DNA of 46,475 nucleotides from Francisellaceae bacterium (GTDB lineage Bacteria; Pseudomonadota; Gammaproteobacteria; UBA6186; Azoamicaceae): NCBI GenBank assembly GCA_028293705.1, contig JAQGOH010000069.1, positions 1 to 46,475 of the forward strand, read 5' to 3'. Shown piece by piece: positions 37,087 to 46,475 of this stretch (position 1 is its first letter; each line of letters starts with the position of its first letter). The notes under the pieces were generated by a model. It saw only the letters and a program-made list of their open reading frames with translations, ran no database searches and was not told where the DNA came from. The position numbers and the translations under genes were made by a program.

Positions 37087-37163
37087 GGTGGGCGTAGCTC
37101 AGTTGGTAGAGCCCCGGATTGTGATTCCGGTCGTCGTGGGTTCAAATCCCATCGTTCACCCCA
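37087..37163 (+). tRNA. tRNA-His (anticodon GUG) with encoded G-1
   Basis: G(-1)+GTGGGCG...CGTTCAC-C-CCA. The acceptor stem has two G-U pairs. The anticodon arm is CCGGA-TTGTGAT-TCCGG, and an extra 5' G opposite C73 is typical of tRNA-His. Confidence 0.88.
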
Positions 37164-37177
37164 TATTTCAAAGTTAT

Positions 37178-37253
<76 letters not shown>

Positions 37254-37262
37254 GACTTTAAT

Positions 37263-37297
37263 AAAGCCTAGAAAATAAACCTAGGCTTTAATTTTTT
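37263..37297 (+). terminator. rho-independent terminator after tRNA-Lys
   Basis: AAAGCCTAG (37263-71), a 9-nt loop, CTAGGCTTT (37281-89), then AATTTTTT. Confidence 0.7.
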
Positions 37298-37331
37298 GAG
37301 ATAAAACGGTATCATTGTTTTTTAAACTTAA

Positions 37332-37416
37332 GCGAAAGTGGCGGAATTGGTAGACGCACTGGATTTAGGTTCCAGCGGGGCGACCCGTGAGAGTTCGAGT
37401 CTCTCCTTTCGCACCA
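37332..37416 (+). tRNA. tRNA-Leu (anticodon UAG), long variable arm
   Basis: GCGAAAG...CTTTCGC-A-CCA with anticodon arm CTGGA-TTTAGGT-TCCAG. The class II variable arm is CGGGGCGACCCGTG. 85 nt. Confidence 0.9.
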
Positions 37417-37455
37417 TTTATTCTTTGGTTTTATTTTAAAATAAGAGGTTGGCTC

Positions 37456-38754
37456 ATGCAGGCATCACAGGTATCAATAGAAAATACCAGTTCCCTTGGT
37501 CGAAAACTAATAATTACTGTGCCAGCTGAGAAGGTACAAATAGCGCTTAATAATGCTATGAAACAATTTGCTAAAAATTTATTTGTTCCAGGTTTTCAAA
37601 AAGGGAAAGTTAATCCCAAAATTGTAGAAAAAAAGTTTAATACTTCCACCGACAGATCACAAGCAATAAACAAAATTTTAGAATCCAATCTTTTAGAAAT
37701 ATTAAAAGAAAAAGATTTAAAACCTGCAGGTCGTCCATTAGTTGAAGAAATTAAATATGAAACAGGTGAAGATTTATCTTTTACCGTATTAATTGAAATA
37801 TTTCCTGAAATAAATTTATCTGACATCAGTCAATTAACCGTAGAAAAATTAACCGTTTCCATTACAGATACTGATGTTGAAAATGCCACTGAAAAATTAT
37901 CTGAACAATTCGCTGACTGGGTAACTGTTGATAGACCAGCCAATATGGGCGATAGAATTAAAATGGATTACTTTAGCACTATCGATGGAAAATCTTATGA
38001 AAATAATTCAGGTAAAGATGTCTTAGTAGAGTTAGGGGCTAAGCATTTTATTGAAGGATTTGAAGAAGGATTATTGGGTGCTAAAAAAGGCGATAAAGTA
38101 GAGATGGACTTACAATTTCCTTTTGATTGGCGTATCGAATCTATTAGAGGAAAACAATCTCACTTTGTAGTGGATGTTAAAGAAGTATCTGTCAAGAATA
38201 AAGCGCAGTTAGATCAAGATTTTGCTAAGAAAATTGGGGCAAATGGCGATACCGAAGAAGATATTAAACAAATGGTACGTAAAAATTTAGAAAAACAGGT
38301 TCAAGAATTAATTAAAATAAAAGCCCGAGAAGATTTATTAAAAAAAGTTTTGGCTGCTAATCCTATTGATTTACCCCAATCCTTAATAGAACGAGAGATG
38401 CAAGATATGCATGATGAGATGCATCAAAATGAGAAACATGTTAATCATCATGATTGCCAGCATCAGGGTCTTGAGGAAGAAGCTAAAAGAAGAGTAGCTC
38501 TAGGTTTATTATTAAGTGAAGTTATTAAAAAAGAAAATTTAACTTTAAATAAAGATAAAGTGAAAGAGAAAATTGCTGAAATAGGGCAAGCATTCGGAAA
38601 TTCGGATTTTGTAGAAAGTATGTATTATGAATCAGAACATCTTTTACAAAATATACAAAATAGTGTTTTCATGGATCAAGCAGTAGATCATCTTCTACAA
38701 AAAGCGCAAACCATCGAAAATGCATGCTCTTTTGATGAGTTAGTACAAAAATAG
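37456..38754 (+). CDS. tig: trigger factor
   Basis: Start at ATG 37456, with AAGAGG at 37443-48. The track ORF start at 37387 would overlap tRNA-Leu. 432 aa beginning 'MQASQVSIENTSSLGRKLIITVP', with 'PGFQKGKV' (ribosome-binding GFRxGxxP-like) and a central FKBP-like segment. Confidence 0.92.
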   Translation: MQASQVSIENTSSLGRKLIITVPAEKVQIALNNAMKQFAKNLFVPGFQKGKVNPKIVEKKFNTSTDRSQAINKILESNLLEILKEKDLKPAGRPLVEEIKYETGEDLSFTVLIEIFPEINLSDISQLTVEKLTVSITDTDVENATEKLSEQFADWVTVDRPANMGDRIKMDYFSTIDGKSYENNSGKDVLVELGAKHFIEGFEEGLLGAKKGDKVEMDLQFPFDWRIESIRGKQSHFVVDVKEVSVKNKAQLDQDFAKKIGANGDTEEDIKQMVRKNLEKQVQELIKIKAREDLLKKVLAANPIDLPQSLIEREMQDMHDEMHQNEKHVNHHDCQHQGLEEEAKRRVALGLLLSEVIKKENLTLNKDKVKEKIAEIGQAFGNSDFVESMYYESEHLLQNIQNSVFMDQAVDHLLQKAQTIENACSFDELVQK

Positions 38755-38809
38755 TTAAACCATAAGCGGTTATTTTTCAGGTAGATATTTATTAAGAGGG
38801 ATAGGACTA

Positions 38810-39451
38810 ATGATAGAAACACGTGGTATAGGATTAGTGCCAATGGTAGTCGAACAATCGGCTAGAGGTGAGCGTGCTTATGATATTTATTCTCGATTAT
38901 TAAAAGAAAGAGTCATATTTCTTGTAGGACAAGTTGAAGATAATATGGCTAATTTAATAGTGGCTCAATTACTTTTTCTAGAATCTGAAAATCCTGATAA
39001 AGATATTTCACTTTATATAAATTCGCCAGGTGGTGCCGTAACAGCTGGTATGGCAATTTATGACACCATGCAATTTATCAAACCCAATGTCAGTACTCTA
39101 TGTATCGGGCAAGCCTGTAGTATGGGAGCCTTATTATTGGCAGGAGGTGCTGCAGGAAAGAGACATTGTTTACCCAGTTCTAGAGTGATGATTCACCAAC
39201 CATTGGGTGGTTTTCAGGGGCAGGCTAGTGATATTGAAATTCATACTAGAGAAATATTAGGTATGCGAGATAGGTTAAATCAAATTTTAGCCTATCATAC
39301 AAATCAACCAATTGAAAGAATTCAGAAGGATACCGATCGAGATAATTTTATGGGTGCTGAAGAAGCAAAATCTTATGGCATTGTAGACGCCGTAATAACT
39401 CGACGGAATATGAAAGATCTCGTTGATAAAAAAGCGCATGAAGACAAATAA
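38810..39451 (+). CDS. clpP: ATP-dependent Clp protease proteolytic subunit
   Basis: 213 aa with '[30 protein letters not shown]', the catalytic Ser in '[11 protein letters not shown]', His in 'MIHQPLGG' and 'DTDRDNFM'. Confidence 0.97.
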   Translation: MIETRGIGLVPMVVEQSARGERAYDIYSRLLKERVIFLVGQVEDNMANLIVAQLLFLESENPDKDISLYINSPGGAVTAGMAIYDTMQFIKPNVSTLCIGQACSMGALLLAGGAAGKRHCLPSSRVMIHQPLGGFQGQASDIEIHTREILGMRDRLNQILAYHTNQPIERIQKDTDRDNFMGAEEAKSYGIVDAVITRRNMKDLVDKKAHEDK

Positions 39452-39503
39452 TTTTTATTAATAAGTTGAATAGCTTTTTTTTAAATTTTTATTTATTATT
39501 TTA

Positions 39504-39531
39504 CTTGAAAAGCCACTTTTTGACCCAATTT
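39504..39531 (+). promoter_or_regulatory. sigma32 (heat-shock)-like promoter upstream of clpX
   Basis: CTTGAAA (39504-10), a 13-nt spacer, then CCCAATTTA (39524-32). The consensus is CTTGAAA-N13-15-CCCCATNTA. It lies in the 115-bp clpP-clpX gap. Confidence 0.4.
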
Positions 39532-39566
39532 ATTAATTTAAAGGCAATTAACTTACGAGGTAGATA

Positions 39567-40841
39567 ATGGGCGATAAACAAAATGGCAGGAATGATCAAG
39601 GAAAGCTTTTATACTGTTCTTTTTGTGGAAAAAGTCAACATGAAGTCAAGAAATTAATTGCTGGTCCTTCAGTATTTATTTGTGATGAATGTGTAGAACT
39701 TTGTAATGACATTATCAGGGAAGAAATTGAAGAACGTCATATGCCTCATATACGTACAAAATTACCTACCCCAAAAGAAATTGATAAAATTTTAGATCAA
39801 TATGTAATTGGGCAAACCCATGCGAAAAAAGTTCTTTCTGTGGCGGTTTATAATCATTATAAAGGCTTAAAATCTAATGTAAAAGATGATGAAGTTGAAC
39901 TTGGCAAAAGTAATATTTTATTAATTGGTCCTACTGGTAGTGGTAAAACTTTATTAGCGGAGACCTTGGCTCGTTTATTAGATGTACCCTTTACCATTGC
40001 GGATGCTACTACTTTAACCGAAGCAGGTTATGTAGGAGAAGATGTTGAAAATATCATTCAAAAATTATTACAAAAATGTGAATATGATGTAGAAAAAGCC
40101 CAAACCGGTATTGTTTATATTGATGAAATTGACAAAATTTCGCGTAAATCTGAAAATCCTTCGATTACAAGGGATGTTTCTGGAGAAGGCGTTCAACAGG
40201 CCTTATTAAAGTTAATTGAAGGTACTGTAGCCTCTGTTCCTCCCCAAGGAGGACGAAAACATCCTCAACAAGAATTTTTGCAAGTTGATACTTCTGGTAT
40301 TTTATTTATTTGTGGCGGTGCTTTTGCCGGCATAGATAAAATCATTCGCCAGCGTTCTGAGAAAGGTGGGATTGGTTTTTCAGCAGAAATTTCTAGTAAA
40401 GATGATAAAAAAACCATGAATGAAACCCTAAGACATGTTGAGCCTGAAGATTTAATCAAATTTGGTTTAATTCCTGAATTTGTAGGAAGATTGCCAGTCA
40501 TTGCTACATTAGAAGAATTAGACGAAAAAGCTTTAATGAGCATTTTAACGGAACCAAAAAATGCTTTAACTAAACAATATAAAAAATTATTTGAAATGGA
40601 AAATGTTGATATTGAGTTTAGAGAAGGGGCACTCAAATATATTGCTAAGCAAGCAATGGAAAGAAAAACAGGTGCTAGAGGATTACGTTCTATTTTAGAG
40701 CAAGTTTTATTAGACACTATGTATGATTTACCTTCATTAGAAAATGTTTCCAAAGTAGTAATTGATGAGACAGTCATTAAAGGCGATGCCAAGCCTTTGC
40801 TTATTTTTGAAAATGCAGAAGAGTCTAAAACAGGATCTTAA
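39567..40841 (+). CDS. clpX: ATP-dependent Clp protease ATP-binding subunit ClpX
   Basis: 424 aa with the zinc finger 'CSFCGK...CDECVELC', Walker A '[11 protein letters not shown]', Walker B 'IVYIDEIDK' and the pore loop 'GYVGEDVE'. Confidence 0.97.
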   Translation: MGDKQNGRNDQGKLLYCSFCGKSQHEVKKLIAGPSVFICDECVELCNDIIREEIEERHMPHIRTKLPTPKEIDKILDQYVIGQTHAKKVLSVAVYNHYKGLKSNVKDDEVELGKSNILLIGPTGSGKTLLAETLARLLDVPFTIADATTLTEAGYVGEDVENIIQKLLQKCEYDVEKAQTGIVYIDEIDKISRKSENPSITRDVSGEGVQQALLKLIEGTVASVPPQGGRKHPQQEFLQVDTSGILFICGGAFAGIDKIIRQRSEKGGIGFSAEISSKDDKKTMNETLRHVEPEDLIKFGLIPEFVGRLPVIATLEELDEKALMSILTEPKNALTKQYKKLFEMENVDIEFREGALKYIAKQAMERKTGARGLRSILEQVLLDTMYDLPSLENVSKVVIDETVIKGDAKPLLIFENAEESKTGS

Positions 40842-40890
40842 TTCAGTATAATTTTAAAAAGTTAAAAAATTTTTATTATGAGCGAGTGGA

Positions 40891-43341
40891 ATGTCTAAAT
40901 CTTCAAACGAGTCTATTTTAGAAAACCAGTCCATTGCAATGCCAATATTACCCTTAAGAGATGTGGTAATATATCCCCACATGGTTGTTCCTTTGTTTGT
41001 TGGCAGAGAAAAATCGATTCATGCCTTAGAAGCCGCAGCACTTGGTGAAAGTAAGCAGATATTATTAGTTACTCAGAAGGAATCCAGTGAAGATGAACCC
41101 ACTCCTGATTCCATTTATCATACCGGTACTATTTCAACTATATTACAATTATTAAAATTACCTGATGGTACTGTGAAAGTGTTAGTAGAAGGTTTGAGAA
41201 GAGGTAAAGTTGAACATACTTTTATCCAAAATGAACCTTATTTTAACGCTATGGTTATCCCCATTTCGACTAAAGGACAAGATCATTCTGATATAGAAGG
41301 TTTAATTCGTTCTTTGACTTCTCAGTTTGAATTATATGTTAAGTTAAATAAAAAAATCCCTTTAGAAGTTATTACTGCAGTAGGAGGAATTACAGATCCT
41401 TCTCGCTTAGCTGATACCATTGCAGCACATATGTCTTTAAAAATTCCTCAAAAACAACAATTATTGGAATTAGATAATCTTAAATCTCGGATTGAATCCT
41501 TATTAAATATTTTAGGAACCGAAATAGATCTTTTTCAAGTTGATAAAAGAATTAAAAATCAAGTAAAAAAACAAATGGAAAAAAGGCATAGGGAATATTA
41601 TTTAAATGAACAGATTCAAGCGATTCACAAGGAATTAGGAGAATTAGGATCTGAGTCCCAAAATGAATTTGAGATTTTATTAAAAAAAGTAGACGCCTCA
41701 GGGATGCCTAAAGAACCTAAAGAAAAATGCATTCAGGAAATCAATAAATTAAAAATGATGTCTCCAATGGCTGCAGAAGCTACGGTTAGTAGGACTTATA
41801 TTGATAGCTTGATAGGGGTTCCTTGGAAAAAAAGAACTAAAGTACAATTAAACCTAGCGAAAGCAGAAGCTCACTTAAAAGCGGGACATCATGGACTTGA
41901 GAAAGTAAATGAGCGGGTACTTGAACTGTTGGCAGTTCACAAAAGAATGAAAACCGTTAAGGGGCCTATATTATGTCTAGTGGGTCCCCCTGGGGTAGGA
42001 AAAACTTCATTAGGACAAGCAATTGCTTTAGCTACCGGTCGAGAATTTGTTAGAATGTCTTTAGGGGGGGTACGGGACGAAGCTGAAATAAGGGGACATC
42101 GAAGGACTTATATTGGTGCCCAACCTGGAAAAATTATACAAAAGTTAGCCAAAGTCAAAGTTAAAAATCCTTTATTTTTATTAGATGAAATTGATAAAAT
42201 GGCAATGGATTTTAGAGGCGATCCCGCTTCTGCTTTGCTTGAAGTGCTAGATCCTGAACAAAATAAAACATTTAATGATCATTACCTAGAGGTCGATTAT
42301 GATTTATCAGAAGTTTTATTTATTACTACTGCTAATTCTTTAAATATTCCAGCGCCCCTGCTTGATCGCATGGAAATCATTAGGCTTTCAGGATACACCG
42401 AATGTGAAAAATTAACGATAGCTATTCAGTATTTAATTCCTAAACAACTTAAAAATAATGGGTTATTTCCTGAAGAATTGAAGTTTAAAGATCAAGCCAT
42501 TTTAGATATTATCCGCTATTATACCCGCGAAGCTGGGGTGCGAAATTTAGACAGAGAAATCGCAAAAATTTGTCGCAAAGTCGTGAAGAAATTATTGCTG
42601 AATCAAGATATCACTAAACAAATTATCAATAGTAAGGATTTAGAATTATTTTTAGGGGTAAGAAAATATAGATTTGGTGTAGTAGAAGAAAAAGATCAGA
42701 TTGGACAAGTAACAGGTCTTGCATGGACAGAAGTGGGGGGTGAAATACTAACCATTGAGGCCAGTGCGGTATCAGGTAAAGGTAAAATTATTTCCACAGG
42801 TAAGCTTGGGGAGGTAATGCAAGAATCGATTCAAGCTGCTTTGACCGTTGTAAGAAGTCGGGCGATGAGTCTTGGGATCGCAAAAGATTTTTATGAAAAC
42901 TATGATATGCATGTTCATGTGCCAGAAGGAGCCACTCCAAAAGACGGCCCCAGTGCTGGTATTGGAATGTGTACCGCCCTAGTCTCTGTGTTAACCGGTA
43001 TTGCCGTTAAGAAAGAATTTGCTATGACTGGCGAAATTACCTTAAGAGGTCAGGTTTTACCCATTGGAGGCTTAAAAGAAAAGCTTTTAGCTGCAAAGCG
43101 GGCCGGTATTTTAAATGTTATTATCCCGGAAGCCAATTTAGAAGAATTAAAAGAAATTAATGAAGAGCTTTACAAAGGGATGCATATTCATAAAGTCCAG
43201 TGGATCGATGAAGTATTTGCTCTCGCATTGACTCGGATGCCTAAAATTATCAATCCAAAACTAAAAATGGTCTCAAAAAATACCTTGGTAAAAAAACGAG
43301 CTAAAAGCTCTACTAAGAGCGATATTACCTTACCTAATTAA
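40891..43341 (+). CDS. lon: ATP-dependent protease Lon (LonA)
   Basis: 816 aa with the N-domain 'LPLRDVVIYPHMVVPLFVGR', Walker A 'GPPGVGKTSLG', 'LLDEIDK', the catalytic Ser in 'PKDGPSAGI' and Lys in 'GGLKEKLLAA'. Confidence 0.97.
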   Translation: MSKSSNESILENQSIAMPILPLRDVVIYPHMVVPLFVGREKSIHALEAAALGESKQILLVTQKESSEDEPTPDSIYHTGTISTILQLLKLPDGTVKVLVEGLRRGKVEHTFIQNEPYFNAMVIPISTKGQDHSDIEGLIRSLTSQFELYVKLNKKIPLEVITAVGGITDPSRLADTIAAHMSLKIPQKQQLLELDNLKSRIESLLNILGTEIDLFQVDKRIKNQVKKQMEKRHREYYLNEQIQAIHKELGELGSESQNEFEILLKKVDASGMPKEPKEKCIQEINKLKMMSPMAAEATVSRTYIDSLIGVPWKKRTKVQLNLAKAEAHLKAGHHGLEKVNERVLELLAVHKRMKTVKGPILCLVGPPGVGKTSLGQAIALATGREFVRMSLGGVRDEAEIRGHRRTYIGAQPGKIIQKLAKVKVKNPLFLLDEIDKMAMDFRGDPASALLEVLDPEQNKTFNDHYLEVDYDLSEVLFITTANSLNIPAPLLDRMEIIRLSGYTECEKLTIAIQYLIPKQLKNNGLFPEELKFKDQAILDIIRYYTREAGVRNLDREIAKICRKVVKKLLLNQDITKQIINSKDLELFLGVRKYRFGVVEEKDQIGQVTGLAWTEVGGEILTIEASAVSGKGKIISTGKLGEVMQESIQAALTVVRSRAMSLGIAKDFYENYDMHVHVPEGATPKDGPSAGIGMCTALVSVLTGIAVKKEFAMTGEITLRGQVLPIGGLKEKLLAAKRAGILNVIIPEANLEELKEINEELYKGMHIHKVQWIDEVFALALTRMPKIINPKLKMVSKNTLVKKRAKSSTKSDITLPN

Positions 43342-43371
43342 TAATATGAGTTGGGCTTCTTAAATATTTAT

Positions 43372-43393
43372 GGGGTAAAATTCAATTTACCCC
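43372..43393 (+). terminator. hairpin downstream of lon (weak terminator candidate)
   Basis: GGGGTAAA (43372-79), a 6-nt loop, TTTACCCC (43386-93). Only TT follows, so it may be a leaky terminator or a processing site. Confidence 0.35.
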
Positions 43394-43423
43394 TTGACGA
43401 ATAGTAGTTTAAGTTGTTATAAA
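43394..43423 (+). promoter_or_regulatory. sigma70-type promoter for hupB (TTGACG - 17/18 nt - TATAAA)
   Basis: TTGACG at 43394-99 and TATAAA at 43418-23, about 95 nt upstream of the hupB GTG. Confidence 0.4.
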
Positions 43424-43518
43424 ACCACAAGCTTAGAAACTTTAGAAAATGTATAGGATGATAGCTTTTTCTAAATGTTATTTTGAAGCTTTAAGTAATT
43501 TTAAAAAAGGGGACCCCT

Positions 43519-43815
43519 GTGAATAAAACACAATTGGTTGAACATGTAGCTTTATCTTTAGAGATGGCAAAAGCTCAAGCAGCAAGAGTGGTAGAAGCAA
43601 CTATAAAAGGAATTACAAAAGGATTACTTGAAGATTCAGAAGTATCCTTACCACCTTTAGGTAAGTTCTTAGTTAAGACACGAGCCGCTCGTTCAGGACG
43701 TAATCCTCAGACTGGGGATGCACTTCAGATCCCTGAAACGAGAGTAGTAAGCTATAAAGCAGGAAAAGAGTTGAAAGATACTGTAAACGGAGTAGAGATT
43801 TTAGAAGAAGCATAA
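43519..43815 (+). CDS. hupB: DNA-binding protein HU-beta
   Basis: The GTG start gives 'MNKTQLVEHV...', matching E. coli HupB 'MNKSQLIDKI'. AAGGGG lies upstream. 'RAARSGRNPQTGDALQIPE' is the HU arm motif. 98 aa with a short acidic C-terminal extension. Confidence 0.9.
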   Translation: MNKTQLVEHVALSLEMAKAQAARVVEATIKGITKGLLEDSEVSLPPLGKFLVKTRAARSGRNPQTGDALQIPETRVVSYKAGKELKDTVNGVEILEEA

Positions 43816-43822
43816 TAGTCTC

Positions 43823-43898
43823 GGGTGCTTAGCTCAGCTGGTAGAGCATCGCCCTTACAAGGCGAGGGTCGGGGGTTCGAACCCCTCAGCACCCACCA
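43823..43898 (+). tRNA. tRNA-Val (anticodon UAC)
   Basis: GGGTGCT...AGCACCC-A-CCA with anticodon arm TCGCC-CTTACAA-GGCGA. 76 nt. It starts 8 nt after the hupB stop. Confidence 0.9.
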
Positions 43899-43908
43899 TG
43901 TTATTTTT

Positions 43909-43985
43909 GGAGCGGTAGTTCAGTTGGTTAGAATATCGGCCTGTCACGCCGAGGGTCGCGGGTTCGAGTCCCGTCCGCTCCGCCA
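43909..43985 (+). tRNA. tRNA-Asp (anticodon GUC)
   Basis: GGAGCGG...CCGCTCC-G-CCA with anticodon arm TCGGC-CTGTCAC-GCCGA. 77 nt and very close to E. coli tRNA-Asp. Confidence 0.92.
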
Positions 43986-44029
43986 GCCTAGTTGTTTTCT
44001 CATTTAAAAAATTAATTGCGAGCTATATC

Positions 44030-45937
44030 ATGTTACAAAGTATTAGGGATAAAGCACAGGGACCTATCACCTGGATAATTATACTCTTAATAAGCTCAAG
44101 CTTTGTACTATTAGGAGTTAGTAATTATTTTTTGAGTAAAAGTAATTCCCCTATTGCAGCGACTGTTAATGGAGAACCTATTACTTGGCAAAATGTGGAT
44201 TACATCTATGAGAAAATGAGGCAAGAAAGAAAAGATTTGCCGAATGCCCCAGGCTTTGAAAAACAGCTAAAAAGTGATGCTCGTGATATCCTGGTTCAAA
44301 AAGCGGTATTAGTTGCCGGAGCGCTTAAAAAAGGATTTAGAGTTAGCGAAGAAGAAATCGCAGAATTTATAAAAACAATGCCTTATTTTCAAGAAGAAGG
44401 CCAATTTTCAAAAGAAAAATATCATCAAGTGCTTGCGCAACATGCTATCAAAGAAAGCAATTTTGTAAAAGATCTACAACAAAGTTTATTAATTACTCAG
44501 TTTTTACAAGGATTAACCCTTTCAAATTTTTACACTTCATTTGAATTAAATCAAATGGCAGAAATATTTGATCAGAAAAGGGACTTTGATGTCATTAACA
44601 TTTCATTAGAGCGATTTAAAAAAGAAATTCAACCAAAAACCCACGAATTAGAAAATTATTATACTGCTAATAAATCACAGTTTATGAGCCCCGAATTAGT
44701 TAACCTGCAGTATATAAAGCTTTCATTGAAACAAATTATGGATAATATAGAAGTCTCTCCTCAGGAACTGCAAGATTATTATAAAGAAAACATTGCCAAT
44801 TTTACTTTGCCAGAAAAAATAAATGCAAGACACATACTGATTAGTTTCTCGGCGGCAGAAGATGAAGCTAAAGCTAAAACAAAAATTGAATCCTTAATTG
44901 AAAAACTAAAAAATGGGGAAGACTTTAAGGCCTTAGTTAAAGAATATTCAGATGATAAGGGTTCTAACACTAAGGAAGGCGAGCTTGGATGGTTTGAAAA
45001 AGGAGACATGGTGCCTGAATTTGAAGAGGCTGCCTTCAAACTATCAACCCCTAATGAAATAAGTCCTGTCGTTAAAACTCAATATGGGTTCCACCTAATA
45101 CAGTTAATTGATAAAAAACCCGAAACCACTCAAGCCTTTGAACTTGTAAAAAAACTTATAGAAGAACAAATTAAAAGACAAAAAGCAGAACCTATTCTGA
45201 CTCAACAATATGAAGAATTAAATACACTAGCTTACGAAAATCACTCTAATTTAAATGTTATAAGTGAAAAAATGGGTTTAGAAATTAAAGAAACACCCTT
45301 TTTTGATAAAAGAGGTGGGGAAGGTATAACCCAACACCCAGCGGTCATTACTGCAGCCTTTAGCCCAGAGCTTAAAGAGCATCATCTTAATAGTGAAGTA
45401 TTACCCCTTGATGATAATGAGTCTTTTGTAATTTTTAGAGTTAAAGAATACAAACCATCCAGTTTATTGGATTTTAAAACCGTTGAAAACAAAGTAAAAG
45501 AACTGTTTACTAATATTCAAACTGTAGAAAAAGCCAAGATTTTTTCAGAGACAGTGGCAACTGCAATTAAATCAGGCCAATCCTTAAAAGAAGTCGCAAA
45601 AGCGTTTCAATTGGATGTTGGTAGCGAAAAACAAATTGCGCGCACAGATCCAAAAATTTCCCCAAAAATATTAAATGCGGCTTTTACTTTAAGTAACCCT
45701 AATCATAAAAATGATAAATCAATAAGTCTTGAAAATATTATTTTACCGACGGGTGATCATGCCATAGTTATTTTAAATAAAGTAACACCAGGAAATGTTA
45801 AAAATATCCCCAAAGATAATTTAGAAGCTTATAAACAAAATTTAATTAATTACAAAGCCGATTTAGAATATTCTCTTTATAACCAAGCTTTATTTGAAAA
45901 TATAAAAGTAAAATTAAATCCTTTGCCAAATCAATAA
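44030..45937 (+). CDS. ppiD: periplasmic chaperone / peptidyl-prolyl isomerase PpiD
   Basis: 635 aa with an N-terminal TM anchor ('WIIILLISSSFVLLGV'). It has a SurA-like N-domain and a parvulin domain ('INARHILI...GELGWFEKGDMVPEFEEAAF...VKTQYGFHLIQL'). The position after hupB matches E. coli. Confidence 0.9.
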   Translation: MLQSIRDKAQGPITWIIILLISSSFVLLGVSNYFLSKSNSPIAATVNGEPITWQNVDYIYEKMRQERKDLPNAPGFEKQLKSDARDILVQKAVLVAGALKKGFRVSEEEIAEFIKTMPYFQEEGQFSKEKYHQVLAQHAIKESNFVKDLQQSLLITQFLQGLTLSNFYTSFELNQMAEIFDQKRDFDVINISLERFKKEIQPKTHELENYYTANKSQFMSPELVNLQYIKLSLKQIMDNIEVSPQELQDYYKENIANFTLPEKINARHILISFSAAEDEAKAKTKIESLIEKLKNGEDFKALVKEYSDDKGSNTKEGELGWFEKGDMVPEFEEAAFKLSTPNEISPVVKTQYGFHLIQLIDKKPETTQAFELVKKLIEEQIKRQKAEPILTQQYEELNTLAYENHSNLNVISEKMGLEIKETPFFDKRGGEGITQHPAVITAAFSPELKEHHLNSEVLPLDDNESFVIFRVKEYKPSSLLDFKTVENKVKELFTNIQTVEKAKIFSETVATAIKSGQSLKEVAKAFQLDVGSEKQIARTDPKISPKILNAAFTLSNPNHKNDKSISLENIILPTGDHAIVILNKVTPGNVKNIPKDNLEAYKQNLINYKADLEYSLYNQALFENIKVKLNPLPNQ

Positions 45938-45946
45938 AAAATCCTA

Positions 45947-46474
45947 TTAAAATATAGTGCTTAAATCAGTACGAGAGCAAGTAGAAGGCATATAAGGAAG
46001 TGATAATCCCCCATTAGAACCACTACCCGCTGAAGTATCCCAAAATCCACATAAGGTAATGTAACTAGAACTAGTATTACCGGTAGTATTTGGAGGAAGA
46101 ATTAAAATACGTGGCCATCCAGATCCTAAAGCAGCAATAACTTTAATAGTAATTGTGACATGATTGTTACCACTATTATCCCAATTCATGAGTACCGTAT
46201 TGTTTGTACCTCCTGTGGAGGCATTGAATGTACTAAAGGCGCCTCTTGGATACCCCAAGGATTGTGTAGGCCAAGTTCCAGTCACATCATATTGTTGAAT
46301 TAAGTCATTTTTAAAATTTTCAAGTAAACCGATGACTTCTGTCATTTGAGATTTTTTAACATAATTTTGATAATTGGGTATGGCAACCGCTGCTAAAATT
46401 CCAATAATGGCAATTACTATCATTAATTCAATTAATGAAAACCCTTTAATTTTTGAGCTATTACCTTTAACCAA
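45947..46474 (-). CDS. type IV pilin (PilA/PilE-like); the start is at or just beyond the window edge
   Basis: The prepilin leader is '..[10 protein letters not shown]|[27 protein letters not shown]', with Gly-1/Phe+1/Glu+5. A C-terminal Cys pair ('LCGFWD...PSTC') forms the D-region disulfide. The track start is a TTG at 46474 and the frame is open to the edge, so the true start may lie outside the window. Confidence 0.8.
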   Translation of the reverse strand: MVKGNSSKIKGFSLIELMIVIAIIGILAAVAIPNYQNYVKKSQMTEVIGLLENFKNDLIQQYDVTGTWPTQSLGYPRGAFSTFNASTGGTNNTVLMNWDNSGNNHVTITIKVIAALGSGWPRILILPPNTTGNTSSSYITLCGFWDTSAGSGSNGGLSLPYMPSTCSRTDLSTIF

Positions 46475-46475
46475 T

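Noticed and set aside
37387-37455. Track start of the tig ORF at 37387 ('MRVRVSPFAPFILWFYFKIRGWL...').
   Set aside because: It overlaps the 3' half of tRNA-Leu (37332-37416). ATG 37456 has an AAGAGG RBS and gives the canonical trigger-factor N-terminus.
43825-44007. 60-aa ORF 'MLSSAGRASPLQGEGRGFEPLSTHH...'.
   Set aside because: It lies entirely within tRNA-Val and tRNA-Asp, so it is a translation artefact of GC-rich tRNA sequence.

Overview
This 46.5-kb window comes from an AT-rich gammaproteobacterial chromosome. All family calls below rest on motif recognition by eye, since no searches could be run. About 80% of the window is conserved housekeeping backbone in three synteny blocks, recalled from memory of Pseudomonas and E. 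coli gene order. (1) rlmD, LOG-family gene, ppc, adk, tsaB, then ychF-pth-rplY ... tRNA-Gln-lolB-TPR on the minus strand, divergent from hemA-prfA-prmC. (2) gatCAB divergent from mreBCD. (3) folD divergent from a 5-tRNA cluster followed by tig-clpP-clpX-lon-hupB-tRNA-Val-tRNA-Asp-ppiD, with a type IV pilin gene at the right edge. Accessory content sits between these blocks. The main item is a 6.2-kb, visibly more AT-rich two-gene insertion between rplY and the 3' end of tRNA-Gln, where prs would be expected. It encodes a 229-aa EKFK heptad-repeat protein and a 1,740-aa chimeric protein with the order GlgA-like glycosyltransferase, ankyrin, second GlgA-like glycosyltransferase, Hanks-type Ser/Thr kinase, ankyrin. 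This eukaryotic-like architecture suggests a secreted effector of an intracellular Legionellales-like bacterium, and it is the strongest candidate for something undescribed. Other accessory items are listed here. A lysine/alanine-rich histone H1-like protein is built from eight 33-bp tandem repeats. Three diverged tandem outer-membrane beta-barrel paralogs each have their own terminator. A Cache-HAMP membrane sensor has no output domain. There is a small secreted Cys/Met-rich protein. A 299-aa unknown protein is translationally coupled between folD and an MscS-family channel. No CRISPR array, transposase, integrase or rRNA gene was seen.
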